A stretch of 64,000 bases of DNA, from contig CBDETY010000003.1 of the NCBI GenBank assembly GCA_965243025.1, forward strand, positions 5,376,001-5,440,000, written 5' to 3'. The position numbers and the translations under genes are program-made. Under the pieces are notes generated by a model. The model searched no databases, was not told the DNA's origin, and was given only the letters and a program-made list of their open reading frames with translations. Positions 1 through 10,313 of this stretch are shown here, one piece after another (the stretch's first letter is position 1; the number at the start of each line of letters is the position of its first letter). Source of the stretch: Candidatus Latescibacterota bacterium (GTDB lineage: Bacteria > Latescibacterota > UBA2968 > UBA8231).

Positions 1-100
1 TGAAGGTGTTGCCGAGGCCGTGCGCCTTCAGCACCGAGGTCAGGGTGGCGGTGCTCGGAACCTGGAGCTTTTCGAGGGTTTCCCGGGATACGCCGGTCAT
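1..100 (-). CDS. RraA/HMG-aldolase family protein, 5' part (runs off window start)
   Basis: ATG at 100 reads MTGVSRETLEKLQVPSTATLTSVLKAHGLGNTF; the STATL..L...GL.N.F pattern is typical of RraA-like N-termini. Confidence 0.55.
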   Translation of the reverse strand, partial: MTGVSRETLEKLQVPSTATLTSVLKAHGLGNTF

Positions 101-192
101 GGAAAGGTCCGTGGGTTGCGGATGAGCGGTTGCGGAATGCCGTACAGTAAAGCCCGGCCGCGGACCGTCAAGCGGGCCGGGGAGCCCGGCTC

Positions 193-762
193 ATGCCGCT
201 AGCGCTGGAACCGGGGCGCCCGGTGCTGGCGCTGTGCGCGGTCATGGCCCGGCCCCCGCTGCTCGACGGCGTCGCCGCCGACCTGGAGAATGAGGTCGGT
301 CCCGTCGGCTGCCGGGGTCCCGTCTACCGGTTCGACTACACCAGCTACTACGAGGAGGAAATGGGCGGGGACCTCTGCAAGCAGGTCCTCGCCTTTGCGG
401 ACCTGGTGCCCCCCCACCGCCTCGCGGAACTGAAGGGGCGGGCCATGGAGATCGAGCGGCGCCTGGCGCTGGAAGACGGCGGCCGGGGCCGGCGGCGGAG
501 CGCCAACATCGATCCGGGGCTGCTGTCGGAGAGCTCCCTGGTTCTGGCGACCGCAAAGTACGGCCGCCACCGCATCGCCGTCGCACCGGGGCTGTACGCC
601 GAGATCACCCTGCTGTTCGAGCGCGGCCGCTACCGCCCGCAGCCCTGGACCTACGCCGACTACAGGAGCGGAGAGATGCAGGCTTTCCTGCTGGGGCTGC
701 GGCGCGACCTGCTGGAGCGGCGGCGGCGCGAAAGGCGCCAGCCTCCCGGGCAGGCGAGGTAA
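193..762 (+). CDS. DUF4416 family protein
   Basis: F.YT.YY..EMG, NIDPG.L....LVLAT.K...HRI....G.YAEITL and PWTY.DY motifs. Confidence 0.8.
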   Translation: MPLALEPGRPVLALCAVMARPPLLDGVAADLENEVGPVGCRGPVYRFDYTSYYEEEMGGDLCKQVLAFADLVPPHRLAELKGRAMEIERRLALEDGGRGRRRSANIDPGLLSESSLVLATAKYGRHRIAVAPGLYAEITLLFERGRYRPQPWTYADYRSGEMQAFLLGLRRDLLERRRRERRQPPGQAR

Positions 763-1911
763 TCAGCCGGCCGCGGGGGGCCGGCGCCCGGCAAGCGGCA
801 CGAACGGCCTCGGGTCCTCCCCGGTGTAAATGTGCCCCGGGCGGATCAGGCGGTTGTTCCCGTGCTGCTCGATGACGTGGGCGGCCCAGCCGGCGGTGCG
901 GCTGGCGACGAAGATCGGCGTGTACAGGGGGATCGGTATCCCCATCATGTAGTAGGTGTAGCCGCAGGGAAAATCGACGTTGGGGTGGATCCCCTTCTCG
1001 CGTATCATCGTCGCCTCGACGATCTCCCCCATCTCCACCCACATCGATTCTCCGGTCGCCGCGGAGACGGCGCGGGCCACCTGCTTCATCGAGGGGACGC
1101 GCGAGTCGCCCGACTTGTACTCGCGGTGGCCGAAGCCCATGATCTTCTTCTTCTCCGCCAGGGCGTCGAGCACCCACTGCTCCGCTTTCGAGGGGTCGCC
1201 GATCTCGAGCAGCATCGCCATGGCCTGCTCGTTGGCGCCGCCGTGCAGGGCCCCGGCGAGGGCGCCGATGCCGCTGGTAACCGCGGCGTGCAGGTCGCTC
1301 AAGGTCGAGGCGGTCACGCGCGCCGCGAAAGCGGAGGCGTTGTACCCGTGCTCCGCGTAGAGGATCAGGGATACGTCCATGGCCGAGGTTTCGTGCTCCG
1401 CCGGGACGGTGCCCTTGAGCATGTACAGCAGGTTCTCCGCGTGCCCGAGGCCGCCGTCGGGAGCCACCGGATCCTCCCCCCTGCCCAGGCGGTAGCCGGC
1501 GGTGAGCAGGGTGGGGGCCTTGGCTATGAGCCGGACCGCCTTGCGGAGGTTGGCCTCGCGGCTGTTGTCCCCGGCGTTCGGGTCGTGGAGGGCCAGCGCC
1601 GAGATTCCGGTGCGCAGCAGGCTCATCGGGTGCGCGCCGGGCGGCGCCTGCGCCAGGATATCCATCACCTCCCCGGGGAGGGTGCGTTCCGCCGCCAGGG
1701 CGGCGTTGAAGCGGTCGAGCTGCCCGGCGTCCGGCAGGTCTTCGTGGAGAAGCAGGTAGGCGACCTCCTCGTAGCTCGCCCCTTCCGTAAGGGCGACGAG
1801 GTCGTATCCGCGGATGATCAGGCGGTTGCGCTCCACGTCGATCCGGGAGATCGCGGATTCGCCGCCGATCACCCCCTCCAGACCGGGGCTGTAGACTGGC
1901 GTTTCAGACAT
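763..1911 (-). CDS. prpC: 2-methylcitrate synthase / citrate synthase
   Basis: GLEGV, YAEH..NAS.F, LHGGANE, IMGFGHR.Y and PNVDF motifs; adjacent to prpB. Confidence 0.85.
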   Translation of the reverse strand: MSETPVYSPGLEGVIGGESAISRIDVERNRLIIRGYDLVALTEGASYEEVAYLLLHEDLPDAGQLDRFNAALAAERTLPGEVMDILAQAPPGAHPMSLLRTGISALALHDPNAGDNSREANLRKAVRLIAKAPTLLTAGYRLGRGEDPVAPDGGLGHAENLLYMLKGTVPAEHETSAMDVSLILYAEHGYNASAFAARVTASTLSDLHAAVTSGIGALAGALHGGANEQAMAMLLEIGDPSKAEQWVLDALAEKKKIMGFGHREYKSGDSRVPSMKQVARAVSAATGESMWVEMGEIVEATMIREKGIHPNVDFPCGYTYYMMGIPIPLYTPIFVASRTAGWAAHVIEQHGNNRLIRPGHIYTGEDPRPFVPLAGRRPPAAG

Positions 1912-1924
1912 CGATCAGCGGTCC

Positions 1925-2090
1925 TGGTGTCCCGTCGCAGAAAAAGATTGACAAAATCGGGATGCCGAGGCGCCCGGCTCACCAGGCGCCTGAGCGAGTC
2001 GTACCGAGGGTGTACGGCGAGCGAAGGCAACGCCGTGAGCCGGGATGGATCGGCGTCCCAATGTCGAGAAATTCCTGCGACGGGGCACTA
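1925..2090. mobile_element. MITE-like element (~166 bp) with IS630-like terminal inverted repeats
   Basis: Ends TGGTGTCCCGTCGCAGAAA and (revcomp) TAGTGCCCCGTCGCAGGAA; internal stem GGGATGCCGAGGCGCCCGGCTCAC/GTGAGCCGGGATGGATCGGCGTCCC; second copy at 12888-12985. Confidence 0.7.
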
Positions 2091-2996
2091 TGATGGTTTT
2101 TCCGGGTGCGCCCCGGCGAGGTCGGCGTCCGTCTTCAGGTACTCGTCGTAGCGCAGCAGGTCGTACAGCTCCCGGCGCGTCTGCATGCGGTCCTTCAGGG
2201 CGCTCGGGGTCCCCCGCTCCTTGAGCTCGGCGAGCACCCCTTCGACCGCTTTCATCATGACGCGGAAAGCCGTCATCGGGAAGATCACCATGCGGTAGCC
2301 GAGGTCGCCGAACTGTTGCGCCGTGAGGTCGGGCGTCTTCCCGAACTCGGTCATGTTGGCCAGCAGGGTCCCCTGCACGAGGTCGGCGTAACGCCCGAAC
2401 TCCTCCTCGGTTTCCAGGGCTTCGATGAAGATCGCGTCGGCTCCGGACTCGAGGTAGCGCCGCCCGCGCTCCACCGCCGCGTCGAACCCCTCGACGGCGC
2501 GCGCGTCGCAGCGCGCGATCAGGGCGAAGTCCGGGTTCTCGCGGGCCGCGGCGGCCGCCGCGAGCTTGCGCTGCATCTCCTCCGTGGAGATCAGGGTCTT
2601 GCCCTCCAGATGGCCGCAGCGCTTGGGGGCCTGCTGGTCCTCGAGGTGGATGCCGGCGAGGCCGGCGCGCTCGAAGGCCTGGACGGTCCGCATCACCTGC
2701 AGGGCCTCGCCGAAGCCGGTGTCGGCGTCGCAGATCGCCGGGATCTCGACCGCCCGGGCGATGTACCCGGCCTCGCGGACCACCTCCTCCATGCCGAGCA
2801 GGCCGATGTCGGGGAAGCCCGCGGTGCCGTTGATCAGCCCCGCCCCGGAGATGTAGAGCGCCTCGAAGCCGGTGCGCTCGGCGAGCATGGCCACCGGGGC
2901 GTTGAACACCCCCGGCATGACGACGGTCCTTTCGGCGATGGCGCGGCGGAACGCGGCGCACTTGCGGGCCGGTGATTTTCGCGGCCTCAGAAGCAA
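2088..2996 (-). CDS. prpB: Methylisocitrate lyase
   Basis: YISGA, PDIGL, DADTGFG, EDQ..PKRCGH and LANMTEFGKT motifs; TTG start at 2996 inferred. Confidence 0.9.
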   Translation of the reverse strand: MLLRPRKSPARKCAAFRRAIAERTVVMPGVFNAPVAMLAERTGFEALYISGAGLINGTAGFPDIGLLGMEEVVREAGYIARAVEIPAICDADTGFGEALQVMRTVQAFERAGLAGIHLEDQQAPKRCGHLEGKTLISTEEMQRKLAAAAAARENPDFALIARCDARAVEGFDAAVERGRRYLESGADAIFIEALETEEEFGRYADLVQGTLLANMTEFGKTPDLTAQQFGDLGYRMVIFPMTAFRVMMKAVEGVLAELKERGTPSALKDRMQTRRELYDLLRYDEYLKTDADLAGAHPEKPS

Positions 2997-3099
2997 CGGC
3001 AGGGACCTTGGGCAGGATTGTTTCGCATCGTCAGCTCCGGGAACACGAACACCCCCGTGCCATGGACGAGGGCCGCCCGGCAGCAATGGTGAAGCGGCA

Positions 3100-4398
3100 T
3101 CACCGGCCGCCTTCCAGGCCGGCGCCCGCAATCGTCGCGTCGCGGTCGGCCCCGACCGAGACCAGCGACACCGGGGCGCCGCTGAGCTCGCTGATGCGCC
3201 CGACGTAGCCGCGCGCCGCTTCGGGAAGCTCCTCGATTCTGCGGGCGCCGGTGGTCGGGGTGCACCATCCGGGCAGCTCCTCGTAGATCGGGGTGCAGCG
3301 CTCGAGCACGCCGGAATCCATCGGGAACTCCTCGACCGTCTCGCCCTCGAGCCGGTACCCCGTGCACAGCTTCAGCCGGTCGACGGTATCGAGGATGTCG
3401 AGCCGGGTGATCGCCAGGCTCGTCAGGCCGTTGACGAGCCGCGCCCGGCGCAGGATCGTCGCGTCGAACCAGCCGCAGCGCCGCGGCCGCCCGGTGGTCG
3501 CCCCGTACTCCATGCCGAGCTCGCGAATGCGGTCCCCCTCCCTGCCGAGCAGCTCGGTCGGGAAGGGGCCGTTGCCGACCCGGGTCGTGTACGCCTTGGT
3601 GACCCCGATGACCTCGTCGATACGCGTCGGCCCGATGCCGGTGCCGGTGCAGGCGCCTCCCGCGGTCGTGTTCGACGAGGTGACGAACGGGTAGGTGCCG
3701 TGGTCGATGTCGAGGAGGGTTCCCTGGGCGCCCTCGAACAGCACAGTCCTGCCGTCGTCGAGCATGCGGTTGAGCAGCACCGAGGTATCGGTCACGTAGG
3801 GGCGCAGGCGCTCGGCGCTGGCGAGGCAGGAATCGATGATGGCCCCTTCGTCGAGAGGCTCCTGCCCGTAGATGCGGGTGAGGATCCGGTTTTTCGCCCT
3901 GACCGTGCCGGTCAGCTTCTCCCGCAGGGGACCGGCGTCGAGCAGGTCGATCACTCTCAGGCCGTGGACCCTTTCTACCTTGTCGCGATAGGAGGGCCCG
4001 ATGCCGCGCAGGGTCGTGCCGAGCTTCTCGTTTCCCCGGCTCTCCTCGCCCGCCTTTTCGAGCACCTTGTGATACGGCATCACGAGATGGGCGGTGGCGC
4101 TGATGAACAGGCGCCCGTCCACCGAGACCCCGCGCCCCGACAGTTCGTCGAGCTCCTGCAACAGCGCCTCCGGGTCGAGAACCACCCCGTTGCCGATGAC
4201 GCAGGTCTTGCCGGGGTGCAGGATGCCGGCGGGAATGACGTGAAAGATGAAGACGTCGTCCCCGACCTTGACGGTGTGCCCCGCGTTCGCACCCCCCTGG
4301 TAGCGCACCACGCAGTCCGCATCGACGGTGAGATAGTCGACGACCTTGGCCTTTCCCTCGTCTCCCCATTGGGCGCCGAGAACCACTTTGGTCGGCAT
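3100..4398 (-). CDS. purA: Adenylosuccinate synthetase
   Basis: GAQWGDEGK, QGGANAGHT, EGAQG.LLD.DHGTYPFVTSS and GATTGRPRRCGWFD. Confidence 0.97.
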   Translation of the reverse strand: MPTKVVLGAQWGDEGKAKVVDYLTVDADCVVRYQGGANAGHTVKVGDDVFIFHVIPAGILHPGKTCVIGNGVVLDPEALLQELDELSGRGVSVDGRLFISATAHLVMPYHKVLEKAGEESRGNEKLGTTLRGIGPSYRDKVERVHGLRVIDLLDAGPLREKLTGTVRAKNRILTRIYGQEPLDEGAIIDSCLASAERLRPYVTDTSVLLNRMLDDGRTVLFEGAQGTLLDIDHGTYPFVTSSNTTAGGACTGTGIGPTRIDEVIGVTKAYTTRVGNGPFPTELLGREGDRIRELGMEYGATTGRPRRCGWFDATILRRARLVNGLTSLAITRLDILDTVDRLKLCTGYRLEGETVEEFPMDSGVLERCTPIYEELPGWCTPTTGARRIEELPEAARGYVGRISELSGAPVSLVSVGADRDATIAGAGLEGGR

Positions 4399-4424
4399 GG
4401 CTGCTCTCCTACCTGCCTCTCATG

Positions 4425-6014
4425 TCACAGGCCGACCCGGGTCGCCCACTTGACGTCGTCGCTCGCGAGCAGTTCGTCGAGGACGCCGTCGGGTATGGGG
4501 CTGTCGACGTTGAGGATGGTAAGGGCGCGGCCGCCGACCTGCTGCCGGCCGCAGGACATCTGCGCGATGTTGACCCCATGAGACCCCATGATGGTGCCGA
4601 CCCGTCCGATGACCCCGGGAATGTCCTCGTTGGTGTAAAAAAGCATGTTTCCTTCGGGGACGGCGTCGAAGTGGTAGTCGTCGAGGCGCACGATGCGCGG
4701 GTCGCTCTTGCCGAATATCGTTCCCGAAAGCACCCGCTCGCTGCCGGCGTGGTAGACGACGGTGATCATGCTGGCGAAGTCCTCGGGTTCGCTGCTCTTC
4801 AGCTCGTCGACCGAAAGGCCCCGTTCCTGGGCGAAGATCGGGGCGTTGACGTAGTTGACGATCTCGTTGGAAATCGTCTCCATGAGGCCTTTGAGCACCG
4901 CCGCGGTGATCGGCGAGGTGGGGTGGTTGGTGACTTCCCCGTGGTATTCCACCGTGATCCGTTCGAGCTGCCCGGTGCCCAGCTGCGCCTGAATCCGGCC
5001 CATGCGCTCGGCGAGGTCGAGGTAGGGTTGCAGCGCCCGGTACACCTCCGGCTCGACCGAGGGCAGGTTGACGGCGTTGCGCACCGGCATGTCGGGGTCG
5101 GACAACGTCTCGCCGACCTGTTCGGCAACCTGAAGGGCCACGCTCGCCTGGGCTTCCTCGGTGGAGGCGCCGATATGGGGGGTGCAGATGACGGCCTCGT
5201 GGCGCACCAGCGCGTTCTCCTCGCCGGGGGGTTCCCGCTCGAGCACGTCGAGGGCGGCCCCGGCGACCTTCCCGGAGTTCAGCGCCCCGAGCAGGGCCGC
5301 TTCGTCGACGATGCCGCCGCGGGCGCAGTTGATGATGCGCACGCCATCCTTGCAGGAGGCGATCTGCTCCCGGGAGATGTAGTGCCGCGTCTGGTCGGTC
5401 AGGTGAAGGTGGACGCTGATGAAATCCGACTCGGCCCAGAGCTGTTCGAGCGGGACCAGCTGGGCTCCGTGCGAAAGGGCGGCCTCGGCCGAGACGTAGG
5501 GGTCGTGCCCGAGAACGCGCATCTGAAAAGCTCCGGCGCGATGCGCCACCTCGCGGCCGACCTTGCCGAGACCGATGATGCCGAGGGTCTTGCCGGCGAG
5601 CTCGACCCCGGTGAAACTGCTGCGCTCCCAGCCGCCGGCGCGCACCGAGGCCGAGGCCCCGGGAATCCGCCGGGCGAGCGCCAGGATCAGGCCGAAACAG
5701 TGCTCGGCGGTGGAGGTCGAGTTGCCCCCGGGGGTGTTCATCACCACGATCCCGCGGCGGGTCGCGGCGGCGACGTCGATGTTGTCGACCCCCGCGCCGG
5801 CGCGCCCGATCACCCTGAGGCGCTTGCCCGCACCGATCACCTCCTCGGTGACCTCGGTGCCCGACCGCACGATCAGCCCCTCGTAGTCGCCGATCGCCTC
5901 GAGGAGGCCGGCGTGAGTCAGGTCGGTGCGCACCTCGACCGAAATTCCCTGGAAGCGCTGCAGCAGATCGACGCAGCCGGGATCCATGCGGTCGCTGATG
6001 AGGACTTTCATCAC
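4425..6014 (-). CDS. serA: D-3-phosphoglycerate dehydrogenase (with ASB and ACT domains)
   Basis: GRAGAGVDNID, GLGKVG, NCARGG, TPHIGAST.EAQ; C-terminal D.PGVIG.VG ACT domain. Confidence 0.93.
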   Translation of the reverse strand: MMKVLISDRMDPGCVDLLQRFQGISVEVRTDLTHAGLLEAIGDYEGLIVRSGTEVTEEVIGAGKRLRVIGRAGAGVDNIDVAAATRRGIVVMNTPGGNSTSTAEHCFGLILALARRIPGASASVRAGGWERSSFTGVELAGKTLGIIGLGKVGREVAHRAGAFQMRVLGHDPYVSAEAALSHGAQLVPLEQLWAESDFISVHLHLTDQTRHYISREQIASCKDGVRIINCARGGIVDEAALLGALNSGKVAGAALDVLEREPPGEENALVRHEAVICTPHIGASTEEAQASVALQVAEQVGETLSDPDMPVRNAVNLPSVEPEVYRALQPYLDLAERMGRIQAQLGTGQLERITVEYHGEVTNHPTSPITAAVLKGLMETISNEIVNYVNAPIFAQERGLSVDELKSSEPEDFASMITVVYHAGSERVLSGTIFGKSDPRIVRLDDYHFDAVPEGNMLFYTNEDIPGVIGRVGTIMGSHGVNIAQMSCGRQQVGGRALTILNVDSPIPDGVLDELLASDDVKWATRVGL

Positions 6015-6622
6015 CAGGTCTCGACGGGCGTGCTTTCCCGCCCCTCGAGGGTATCGAGAATCCAGCTCCAGATGTCGTCGCGGCCTTCTCCGCTTACCGC
6101 CGAAAACGACACGAACGAGGCGCCGGCGAGCTGTTCCCCGTCTGCGACCTGCCGCAGCTGCCGGTTGCGCTGGCTCCGGGACATCTTGTCCACCTTGGCG
6201 AAAGCGACAAGACAGGGGATGCGATGGCTGCTGAGCCAGTCGGTCATCAGCAGGTCGAGCTCTCCCGGTCCGCGCCGTATGTCGATCAGCTGGACCACTG
6301 CCTTCAACTGCTCCCGATTGTTCAGGTACGAGTCCGTCAGCCGCCCCAACTCAGTCCTCAGGGTCTTTCCTCCCCGAACGTATCCGTACCCCGGAAGGTC
6401 TACGAGATAGAACCGCCGGTTGACGCGGTAGTAGTTGAGCTGCCGGGTCTTCCCCGGGGTGGAGCTCGTCTGCGCCAGTTTCCGGCGCTGGACCAGCCGG
6501 TTGATCAGGGAGGATTTGCCGACGTTGGAACGGCCGGAGAAGGCGATGTCCGGAAGCCCGTCGGAGGGTGTATCGGCCGCATCGGCGGCCCCGATGACGA
6601 ACTCGGCGCTGTGAATCTGCAT
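6011..6622 (-). CDS. engB: Ribosome biogenesis GTPase YihA/YsxC
   Basis: GRSNVGKSSLIN, TPGKT and DLPGYGY. Confidence 0.95.
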   Translation of the reverse strand: MQIHSAEFVIGAADAADTPSDGLPDIAFSGRSNVGKSSLINRLVQRRKLAQTSSTPGKTRQLNYYRVNRRFYLVDLPGYGYVRGGKTLRTELGRLTDSYLNNREQLKAVVQLIDIRRGPGELDLLMTDWLSSHRIPCLVAFAKVDKMSRSQRNRQLRQVADGEQLAGASFVSFSAVSGEGRDDIWSWILDTLEGRESTPVETW

Positions 6623-6644
6623 AGCTTGTGGGGCCAGGTCCCGG

Positions 6645-7892
6645 TCATGCCCGCTGGCGCATGAATTCGTCGTCGTCGTCGATGTTTCCGACCCCTTTCA
6701 GGATCATCTCGGAGGTCACCACGACCTCCTTGACGCTGTCGTGAGAAGGGGTGTCGTACATGGTGTCCATCATCGACTGCTCGAGCACGGAGCGCAGACC
6801 GCGTGCCCCCGTACCCTTCCTGACCGTCAGGTCAACGACCGTGTGAAGCGCTTCTTCGCTGAAATCGAGGATGACGCCGTCGATCTCGAACAGCCTGCAT
6901 ACCTGCCTGACAATGGCGTTCTTCGGTTCCGTCAGGATGCGGAACAGATCATCCTCGCTGAGCGGGTCCATGGTGGTCACTACCGGGACGCGGCCCACGA
7001 ACTCGGGAATCAGCCCGTAGGCGAGCAGGTCTTCCGGGTGGACCTCGCTCAGCACCGCCATCTGATCCGCCTCGGCTGCCTCCCGCTCGTTGGCGGCGCC
7101 GAATCCCAGGGTCCGGCGTCCAACCCGTTGCGAGATGATCTTCTCCAGTCCCTCGAAGGCGCCGCCGCATATGAACAGGATGTTGCCGGTGTTGATCTGG
7201 ATCATCGACTGCTCGGGATGCTTGCGCCCTCCCTTGGGCGGGATGTTGGCGACCGTGCCCTCCAGGATTTTGAGGAGGGCCTGCTGCACACCTTCCCCCG
7301 ATACGTCCCGGCTCACGGCCGGGGTGGCGGACTTGCGCGCGATCTTGTCGACCTCGTCGAGGTAGACGATCCCCTTCTCGGCGCGGGCGACGTCGTAGTC
7401 GGCGGCCTGCAGCAGTCCGACGAGGATGTTCTCGACGTCCTCGCCGACGTACCCCGCTTCGGTAAGAATGGTGGCGTCGGCGATGGAGAAGGGCACCTGG
7501 AGCACCTTCGCCAGGGTCTGCGCCAGCAGGGTCTTGCCGGTCCCGGTCGGGCCGACGAGCATGATGTTGCTCTTCTCGAGCTCGACGTCGTCGAGGGAGA
7601 CGTTGGAGCGGATGCGCTTGTAATGGTTGTAAACGGCAACCGAAAGGATCTTCTTGGCCCGTTCCTGTCCGATGACGTAGTCGTCGAGAAACGATTTGAT
7701 TTCGAGCGGCTTGGGAAGCGCCCCGGTTTCCCAGGGGGTCTGCTTGCGGTTCTCCGCGAGCACCTCGTTGCAGAGCTTGACGCACTCGTTGCAGATGTGC
7801 ACGGACGGACCGGTGATGATCTTCTCGACCTGGGAGGCGCCGCGGGTGCAGAAGGAGCATTTCGGGTCGGTCTTGGAAGGACGCCGTCGCAC
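6645..7892 (-). CDS. clpX: ATP-dependent Clp protease ATP-binding subunit
   Basis: CSFC..ICNEC zinc finger, [22 protein letters not shown] and GARGLR; GTG start at 7892 inferred. Confidence 0.97.
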   Translation of the reverse strand: MRRRPSKTDPKCSFCTRGASQVEKIITGPSVHICNECVKLCNEVLAENRKQTPWETGALPKPLEIKSFLDDYVIGQERAKKILSVAVYNHYKRIRSNVSLDDVELEKSNIMLVGPTGTGKTLLAQTLAKVLQVPFSIADATILTEAGYVGEDVENILVGLLQAADYDVARAEKGIVYLDEVDKIARKSATPAVSRDVSGEGVQQALLKILEGTVANIPPKGGRKHPEQSMIQINTGNILFICGGAFEGLEKIISQRVGRRTLGFGAANEREAAEADQMAVLSEVHPEDLLAYGLIPEFVGRVPVVTTMDPLSEDDLFRILTEPKNAIVRQVCRLFEIDGVILDFSEEALHTVVDLTVRKGTGARGLRSVLEQSMMDTMYDTPSHDSVKEVVVTSEMILKGVGNIDDDDEFMRQRA

Positions 7893-7918
7893 TCTGATTT
7901 CCGCTGCTCGAAGGGGTG

Positions 7919-8530
7919 TCAGCCGGCCGCTTCTGCGGACTGGGCGATCCCTGTGGGCAGGATGATCTCGTCGATGATGCCGTACTCGAGCGCTTCTTCG
8001 GGACTCATGAAAAAGTCCCGTTCCGTGTCCCTGCGGATGGTCTCGAGATCCCTGCCGGTGCGGTCGGCGAGAATGTCGTTGATCTGCTCGCGGATCTCGA
8101 TGATTTCGCGAGCGTGAATCTCCATGTCGGAAGCCTGGCCGCCGATGCCGCCCATCGGCTGGTGGAGAAGTATTCGCGCGTTGGGCAGGCTCTGGCGCTT
8201 CCCTCTGGCGCCTCCTGCCAGGAGCACAGCCGACATGCTCGAGGCCTGGCCGATGCAGATGGTTGCGATGTCGGGCTGGACGTACTGCATGGTGTCGAAT
8301 ACCGCCATTCCCGCGGTAACGGATCCGCCCGGGCTGTTGATGTACAGGGAAATGTCCCGCTTGGGGTCTTCGGAGGCGAGGAAAAGCAACTGGGCGATGG
8401 CGAGGTTGGCAATGCCGTCGCCTATCGGCGTGCCGATGAAGATGATGCGCTCCTTGAGCAGGCGGGAGTAAATGTCGTACGAGCGCTCGCCTCTGCCCGT
8501 CTGCTCTATGACCATGGGTATGAGGGACAC
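7919..8530 (-). CDS. clpP: ATP-dependent Clp protease proteolytic subunit
   Basis: [23 protein letters not shown] and HQP motifs. Confidence 0.97.
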   Translation of the reverse strand: MSLIPMVIEQTGRGERSYDIYSRLLKERIIFIGTPIGDGIANLAIAQLLFLASEDPKRDISLYINSPGGSVTAGMAVFDTMQYVQPDIATICIGQASSMSAVLLAGGARGKRQSLPNARILLHQPMGGIGGQASDMEIHAREIIEIREQINDILADRTGRDLETIRRDTERDFFMSPEEALEYGIIDEIILPTGIAQSAEAAG

Positions 8531-9795
8531 TATACCGACTCCTCGCTGATTTCGGCGCGTTCGCCAAGGTACTCGAAAATCTTCTCGTTCTCCAACTCCC
8601 GCCTGATGTCGTCGGCGCGGGGGGACCTTTTCAGGTCGGCCGCCTGGAATCCGAGCTGCTGCGCCCGCCGTTCGAAGAATTCGGTTGTCTCTTCCTCGGT
8701 GACCTCGGGATTCAGCTTCTTTCTCAGGCCGTCCAGCAGCAGGGAAGTCTTGAGGCTCCTGATAACCGAGATCCGCTCCTCGCCGGTTATCTCGGGGGGG
8801 TCTTCATCCCCGTCGCCGTCGGCATCCCGCTCCTCCTTCACCCGCTCGATATAGCTCTCTACCAGACGGTCCGGCAGGTCGAACGGGTTTCCCCTGATGA
8901 GGCCGTCGACCAGATCGCTTCGCTCTTTCCGCCGCGCCAGCGAATCCCAGGTCTCCTGAAGCTGCCGGCGCAGGTACTCGCGCAGCCCCTCGAGACCGTC
9001 GAACTGGTCTCCCAGGTCCTTGGCGAACTCGTCGTCAAGCACGGGAAGGGTGCGCTCCCTGATCTCCCTGACGGTTACGTTGAAAGACCGTTTCTGTCCG
9101 GCGAGCTCCTTGTTGGGCAGATCCTCCCGGTAGGAGAAGTCGACACGCCGTTCTTCGCCGGGGCCGATGCCGATGAGTGCCTCTTCGAACTCGGGGCTCG
9201 GGGCGTCGTCCGAGCCGATGAGGAAATAGCGTTCCTCGTAGCGGTCGCCGATCAGGGCAACCCCGTCCTCGTTCAATCCCTGCAGGTCGGCGACGAGCAC
9301 GTCCCCCTTTTCGAGGGGCCGCTCCACCGACATCTCGGTGGCGTTCCGTTCCCTCAGTTTTTCGAGCTCGCGGTCGACCTCCTCGTCGCTGACCTCGTGG
9401 GTCATCCTCGAAACCGCGAGCCGTTCGTAGTTCTCGACATCGATCTGCGGCCAGATATCCATGGTGGCCTTGAAGGTGAGCGGCTTGCCGGGTTCGTGGT
9501 CACTCAGGGTGATCGTCGGCGTGCTTGCCGGAACGATGTCTGCCGACTGAGCGGCTTCCTGCACCAGGTCGGGAAGCATTCGGCTGACCACCTCATGGCG
9601 GATCGACGGGCCGTACCGCGACTCGATGACTTTCATCGGGACCTTGCCTTTGCGAAATCCAGGGATTTCGAGCCTTTTGCGGTACCTGCGGAACGCGGTG
9701 GCCACTTCCGAGTCGATGCGCTCGGCAGGAACCTCGACCTCGAGCTCGCGTTCCCACTGGCCTTTCTCAATTACGTTGGTTCTGACTTCCGACAA
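8530..9795 (-). CDS. tig: Trigger factor
   Basis: [10 protein letters not shown] and LDDEFAK; conserved tig-clpP-clpX order. Confidence 0.93.
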   Translation of the reverse strand: MSEVRTNVIEKGQWERELEVEVPAERIDSEVATAFRRYRKRLEIPGFRKGKVPMKVIESRYGPSIRHEVVSRMLPDLVQEAAQSADIVPASTPTITLSDHEPGKPLTFKATMDIWPQIDVENYERLAVSRMTHEVSDEEVDRELEKLRERNATEMSVERPLEKGDVLVADLQGLNEDGVALIGDRYEERYFLIGSDDAPSPEFEEALIGIGPGEERRVDFSYREDLPNKELAGQKRSFNVTVREIRERTLPVLDDEFAKDLGDQFDGLEGLREYLRRQLQETWDSLARRKERSDLVDGLIRGNPFDLPDRLVESYIERVKEERDADGDGDEDPPEITGEERISVIRSLKTSLLLDGLRKKLNPEVTEEETTEFFERRAQQLGFQAADLKRSPRADDIRRELENEKIFEYLGERAEISEESV

Positions 9796-9918
9796 GGGGG
9801 GCCTTGATGCTTATGGAGATTGCAGAAAAACAGGTTCCGTGGACGATCCGGAAATGTGATTGAGAGGGAGCACCGCGGTTTTTTGCGCGGCGCAGTCTGT
9901 GGGGTGGAGTGTTTTCCG

Positions 9919-10002
9919 TGCGGAAGGGGGGATTCGAACCCCCAAGCCCGTTAGGGCACCAGATCCTAAATCTGGCGCGTATGCCAGTTCCGCCACTCCC
10001 GC
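9919..10002 (-). tRNA. tRNA-Leu (anticodon TAG); CCA not encoded
   Basis: GCGGGAG..TGGCATAC D-arm, CCAGA-TTTAGGA-TCTGG anticodon arm, long variable arm and GGTTCGAATCC T-arm; tRNA-Leu commonly precedes tig. Confidence 0.95.
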
Positions 10003-10082
10003 TTGCGACCGGCTGAATTTCGCCTCCAAACTAAAATTACCAACGCCCCGACCGGAACGTTGGCATTTATGCTGGAATCGAC

Positions 10083-10111
10083 AATATAGGTTTGCCCCTC
10101 TGGGGGGTCAA
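10083..10111 (-). promoter_or_regulatory. Sigma70-like promoter for tRNA-Leu/tig
   Basis: TTGACC-17 bp-TATATT on the minus strand. Confidence 0.6.
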
Positions 10112-10313
10112 CAGCCCGCTGATAAAGTTGCTCTGCAGACGAGGCCGGGTCATGGCGGTCGAACTTGGGGCAGAAAAATCCCGAAATCGAATCCGACCCC
10201 TTCCTTGGATTTCCTGCCCCAACATGGCGTGCGACCGAGGCGGATCGAGGGGATTCGGGGAGGGAGCGCAACGCCGTATTCGACCGCGGGCCGGCCGCAG
10301 CCCGGATCGGCTT

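Noticed and set aside
7893-8567. Apparent 225-aa N-terminal extension of ClpX overlapping clpP
   Set aside because: An open alternate frame across clpP; ClpX similarity begins at the zinc finger just after the GTG at 7892
9919-10002. tRNA-Leu as an island integration site
   Set aside because: It is flanked by core genes (tig, glyQS), with no integrase or duplicated tRNA 3' end seen
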